From Podarcis cretensis (Eukaryota), in the NCBI GenBank assembly GCA_951804945.1, contig OX638153.1:63612001-63676000 (forward strand): a DNA stretch of 64,000 nucleotides. Reading direction: 5' to 3'. The notes under the pieces were generated by a model. That model saw only the letters and a list, made by a program, of their open reading frames with translations. It made no database searches and was not told the origin of the DNA. Of the stretch, positions 50,059 through 64,000 are shown in pieces. Within the stretch, counting starts at the first letter, position 1. Each line of letters starts with the position of its first letter. Both the position numbers and the translations under genes were made by a program.

Positions 50059-50373
50059 TGGGATGGGTGAATCTGCCCAATTCCGTTTCTAATCTTTCCA
50101 ATTTTGAGTCCACTTCTCCACACCAATCAGAATTTTATTTTAAGAGTCTTTATGTAAATTCATTATTTTAGTGTGAATTTCTATGTCATTTCACCAATAT
50201 ATGCATTTTTGTACATGTTATGTGGCTGGAGAGCTGCATTGCAAAATTCGGAGAAGGGTGAATTTCAAAGGATGGCTATATTTTGCTTTGTGTATTTTTG
50301 TGTATTTTTTAAAGAAAGTGTGGATTAGGTAGGTTAACATTTAAATGTAAACTGATTCAAATTCCTCCCATCC
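50059..50373. mobile_element. Degenerate MITE in the PROCR 3' UTR
   Basis: Inverted ends GGGATGGGTGAAT / ATTCCTCCCATCCC. Confidence 0.5.
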
Positions 50374-50755
50374 CTCTTTTTTTTTAAAAAAAAATTCTTA
50401 TGAAGAAACAAGCCAATGTCTATATAAATCTGTATCCCTTGCCTCACATCTACCTGTAAGAATAAGATGGGCTCTAGAACAGCAGCAAGATCACTGCTGG
50501 TCTCACAGGAATCTTTCCATCTCCTGTCATTACTACCAGGGCAAACAGCCTCTCCCCATAGAACTTTAGTGTTTCACCCACATCAGTGGACAGACACCAC
50601 AGAAGCACAGCATGAGAACATACCTGAACCTCGTTTTGCTCAGTCACAGCCTCTTTTAAAGCATCCTAAATCTGGGAATTATTACTGCTCCTATTTGACA
50701 TTATTTCAGTCCAACAGCATAAGATATTGAGATGGAATCGATGTATAGTTTTTAA

Positions 50756-50761
50756 AATAAA
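50756..50761 (+). terminator. Candidate PROCR polyadenylation signal AATAAA
   Basis: First canonical plus-strand AATAAA I could find after the PROCR stop codon. Confidence 0.5.
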
Positions 50762-51089
50762 GTCTTCACTGCCACAAAATGTGGCAATGGCTCTTGGGCC
50801 AGACTAATTAATGAAGGATAGGTCTATCCATGGGTATTAGAAAGACTGGCTGAATGGAGCCTCCATTTTGAGGCATCATGTTGCTGTAGTGAGCGTGTGT
50901 GCGTGTATGTGCATGTACAAACTACTGCCTTTATGCCCAGATTGTTGACTTTCTGGAATCATCTGGCTGACTGCTGTTGAAACAGAATGCTGGACGAGAA
51001 GGGATGTTGGAATGATTCTGGATCCAGAACTGGGCATTGCAGCATCTGTCCCCAGTCTTCAGAAGCAGCAGTGAGATCACTCTGTAGTG

Positions 51090-51284
51090 CGGAGCTTTCC
51101 AAACTTTTCATGTTGGTGACACACCTTTTTGACATGCATCACTTTGCAACACATTAATTCAGTTCTCCTAGCAAACCAGAGCTCAAACCAACCCCTTATA
51201 AGAGATACAGACACAGATCACGCAACACACCTAAACGCTGCAGCCGACACACTAACGTGTCGCGACACAGTTTGGAAAGCTCTG
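51090..51284. mobile_element. hAT MITE with 8-bp target-site duplication
   Basis: TSD CTGTAGTG at 51082-51089 and 51285-51292; 16-bp TIR C(G/A)GAGCTTTCCAAACT. Confidence 0.88.
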
Positions 51285-53766
51285 CTGTAGTGTTTCGTGT
51301 GGCAGGTATATCCAAGGCACTGTGGTATACTTCAGCAGATTTTGGAGAAGAAAGCCACGTGCGACTCTTGTTATATCTTCATACCTCCCTTGGATATATA
51401 GCGTGCAATGCAGAATGATAAGTTTCAACAATAACAACCCAACATCTCAGGAATATCTATTGACTAGGTGAGTGAGTGGGGGCGGAGGAGGAATCAAGAG
51501 CCACAGAAATGTCTACTTTGATGAAAAGGAAGCCAAGCTAGAAAGAGTGCTTCTCTTACCGAAGCTAGTACTGAGCATACAAGAACACTTCCAGAAGCCA
51601 GGACTCCCATTAACTTACTCTCCACGGACTTTCTTGAGATTACAGCAGCAAGGGACAAACCAGGAGTTGCTCCTCAACTCTACACATTTTATCCTTGCAA
51701 CAGATCTGAGTGGAAAGCCAAAACTCATTTAAAAATTTTCTTAGGAACATTAGACATTGCTCAATCAAGCCTCACTGGGTTACACCCCAAATAGGTAAAA
51801 CTCTACTATTTCGGCAAAATAGCAAACTTGTCTCTTTCTGCTTTGAAATGGTAAAGGTTCTTTACTAAAAGCAACTCTAAAACCCTTCCAGCTCTCTCTT
51901 TAAGGCCTCTTCTCTTTATACATAAAATACTTTCAACAGTAGGAGGAAGGATAGGAAGGGTCTGGCTGTCTGAATGTAGCAAATGCTGGATATTTTTTAT
52001 AAAAGCACTCCAATTTATCAACAGTTATGTGGACACTTTCAATGCTAATCTATCTCTAGTTCTCTGTTCACATAGATTATGGTGACAATACATTGTTACT
52101 TCAATGGCTGTTATTTCAGATAGTATTAGTGCCAATACAACACTTTCATCTTCAGAAGAGAAAATAAGCACTGATTCACTCTTATCCAGCACAAGGAGCT
52201 GATATATAAAGAAAAAAAAATCCAACTAACATTTCACCAAGAAGAGAACATAAGCCATATTGAAACATACACAACTAATTGCAGGGGATATACTTCAGGA
52301 GCCTGAAAGATTTTAAGATTGCTGTGCTCATTAGCCAAGGGACAGTTTGGATGATAAAGGAAGAGCTGGATACCATTCTGAGTCTTTCTGTCTTGCATGA
52401 ATGTATGTGTTATCAACAAGTCTTCAAAATAGTTGGAAACAAGGGCAAATTCAGATACAAAAGTGTGTGTTGCATATATGCCCAGTGTTTGCAGGAGTAC
52501 AATACCATATGCAGTGTGAAATGGAGGCAATGTTTTGTAAGCATATGGGAAGCTCAAAGTGTCCTAGGTTCCTGAGTGGCTGGGGCTACCACATCGCTTA
52601 TTGCTGCAAACATACTTGTTCTGTAAAATATGAATTGGCTTTACAGTTCCCACAGAAGGCTACATGAGTATGTTGGCTTACATCAATTGCATAAAATGCA
52701 AAGACTGAATTTGTTGAACCACAGGCTAGGGAGGAAGTGTTTTGATGCAGTTTCTAAGAAATAGGGGGAAAGCAGCAACAGCTGCACAAAGGTGCAGGAG
52801 TGGGGAGTACATTTCTCTTTTGGAGCTGCATGGAGCAAATTCTCTATCAGCAACGAGAGTCTTATCACTTTCACCCCATATAACCAAGTGTAAACCTTCT
52901 CTACTCAAATGGTGCTCCATCTAAGGGACTGCATAGTCTGCTTGCTGGATTGTCTGTTTATGAACCACAGATTACAAATCCATACACATTTGCTATAGTC
53001 TATAAAGGAAACCCAGTGGTAAGTACTGCTGCCACTCTTAGAAATGCATAGCAAACTGTCAAAATTTTTCATGGACAGTGTCATGTACTGCAGCAATGCT
53101 TGTGCGGAACGAAATGCAAAACTGTGGGGTGGCAACAGCTACAGTACACTTCCACAGTACAAACAATAGGAAGTATCTGGACAGTTGTCAAACCCCAGAG
53201 GACAATGCAGAAAGCAAATGAAATTTCAACTGCAGAGATTAGGGTTTCTCATGCCTCAATTCCATTAGAGTGAGTGATAAGAGGACTAGGTATGTACAGA
53301 AATTAGGAGACTGAAAAGATTTTAAACCCATATTTTCCAAGCTGGGCCCAAGAACCAAAAATGCTAGCAGCAAAGAACCCATTAGTTTAAAAGTCTGAAA
53401 CAGAGACAATATAAAGTAAAACAGAGGGATAGGGAACGAGTTATGAAAATTCACTCAGAGGGCAAGAAAAGTAACATCAAAATATATTTAAAAACCAGAA
53501 TTTCAAACGTGGTACGTGTGTTAAAACGCCTCACATTTCTCAACTGCTAGAGCCTGATTGCTCCAGATAGAGCACCAGTTGTGTCCCAAATAAGGAAAAT
53601 TCTTTTACCGTCCTTCTGATCTGTCCCCAAATCACCTTCACTATTTGTAAAAATGGAGGGCTCAGCAGTCACTCCAACACCCCTCAGCTTTGTTCTACAA
53701 CAACCAGAAGACTGCAGTTCATAGCACTGATTTCTCTCATTTGCGACAAAGTTCATTTGTCACCAC

Positions 53767-62522
<8,756 letters not shown>

Positions 62523-64000
62523 TTAATGTGACCACATACTCAGACTAAAAGTTAGAGAACAGGAGGAGGGCTCCGTTTCCTTCTTCCCCTCCAATATTGT
62601 TGTTTACCACAACAATTATAACTTGTAATAAAGCTCTACAAGCATGGCATCCAGAGAATGACAGAAATGTTGCCTCCAAGGAAGTATTAGAACTTTCAGC
62701 CAGAGAATACTTGGAGGGAAGGTCCTGTTTTTAAAATGTGAGCTCACTGAAAACCACATGCCATATACACAGCCAGTCTCTCTCTAATAGTGCAATCCTA
62801 AACACACTTACTAAGGAGTAAGGCCTACTGAACACAGTGAGATTTACTCCAGAGTAAATAAACTTAAGATTGCCCTATAAATGTACTATGCAGTCTTAAT
62901 CTACACATTAATAATATGCATATTCCCAAGTGTCTACTCATTGCCTGTGTCCCCTGAGGGGAAAGAAAAAATAGGAGAAACACAGGCAAAAATTAAGGAG
63001 CTGATGTGATAAGAAGGCTACAATAGTGTGTTTGTGTGTAGGCATGCATACATTAGTATTTAAATTGGATACCCCTTTGAATACATTGGCAGAAAGCGGA
63101 TGCAAATAAAATGGGATGTGAAGTATATGAAATAAAAGGTGTTACCAAAAACACACAATTACAGTGAGAAGAAAAACAGAAGGCTTGCTTGGTCCCCACT
63201 CTTAAGCTTCTGCCATTTATTGAAAACATTTGTGTTCCAATAGGCTTTTGGCCTGATGGATTGAATTATTTTAATACAGTACAGTCTTAGCAGACTTATA
63301 TATGTTAGGCATTTATTATTTATTTAGGCAAATTTATATATTGCCTTTCTTCCACTACGGAACTCCAAGTCATGTACATAGGGTTGCAAGACACACACTC
63401 ATCTAGAAACAGACCAAACCCAGACATACTTAGCTCCAATAAGGTGGCTGTATCGGGCCACAGCCATTTATTTTAATTGTGTAAGCTTCCCTGATTATTG
63501 CAATTTCAAAAGAAAGGAATGTATAAGCTAACAAATAAGTAAATTTACTTGTGGGATTTATGATACTGTACATTCTCAACCAGCGTCACAAGAAGGGATA
63601 AGAAAACATAAGTTACACACAAACTAACAGTGGCTGTGTTTTATCTTGGAGTTCCCAGACCTTATCTTTATTCAATGTCATTTGGGGCAAGCCTACACAT
63701 ATTTACTCAGAAGTAAGACACCCTGTGTTCAATAGCATGCTCCTGTACTTTATTTATTATAGATTTATATTTTATATATTTTAATTATTTCAAAAAATTG
63801 TACACAGCTTAATCACACCGATCCCTAAGTGGTGTAACCAGGTGACTGGCAAAATTTCAATTCACAATAAAGCAAATCAAAATATATAAAAATAATACAA
63901 ATAGAAAAGGCATAAAAACAAGTCCAACCAAGACAAAATGGATCAATATGAATTTAAAAGTCTTGAGAAACAACAAGGCCTTTCCCTGAACCCAAAATGA

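Overview
Vertebrate genomic DNA, almost certainly a squamate and probably a lacertid lizard (Sauria-type and MIR-derived SINEs, squamate MITEs). Three spliced protein-coding genes were reconstructed exon by exon. (1) PFKL, liver-type 6-phosphofructokinase, minus strand, coding exons 1-20 (39208 to 490); the last two exons lie left of the window. (2) PROCR/EPCR, endothelial protein C receptor (CD1/MHC-I-like), plus strand, complete in 4 exons, 231 aa (44778-49987). (3) DNAJB11/ERdj3, minus strand, exons 2-10 (62478 to 53767); exon 1 lies right of the window. Nearly all other ORFs in the six-frame track are chance or repeat-derived. I found no convincing new multi-gene system. The most notable observations are: an intact 258-codon LINE ORF1-like unit with a 5' UTR but no ORF2, just upstream of PFKL; a 154-bp tandem array growing inside a Tc2-type MITE; a GC-AG intron in PFKL; a duplicated, frameshifting splice acceptor in DNAJB11; an apparent deletion scar at the PFKL promoter; and an EPCR with eight N-glycosylation sequons, altered ligand-contact residues and no C-terminal Cys.
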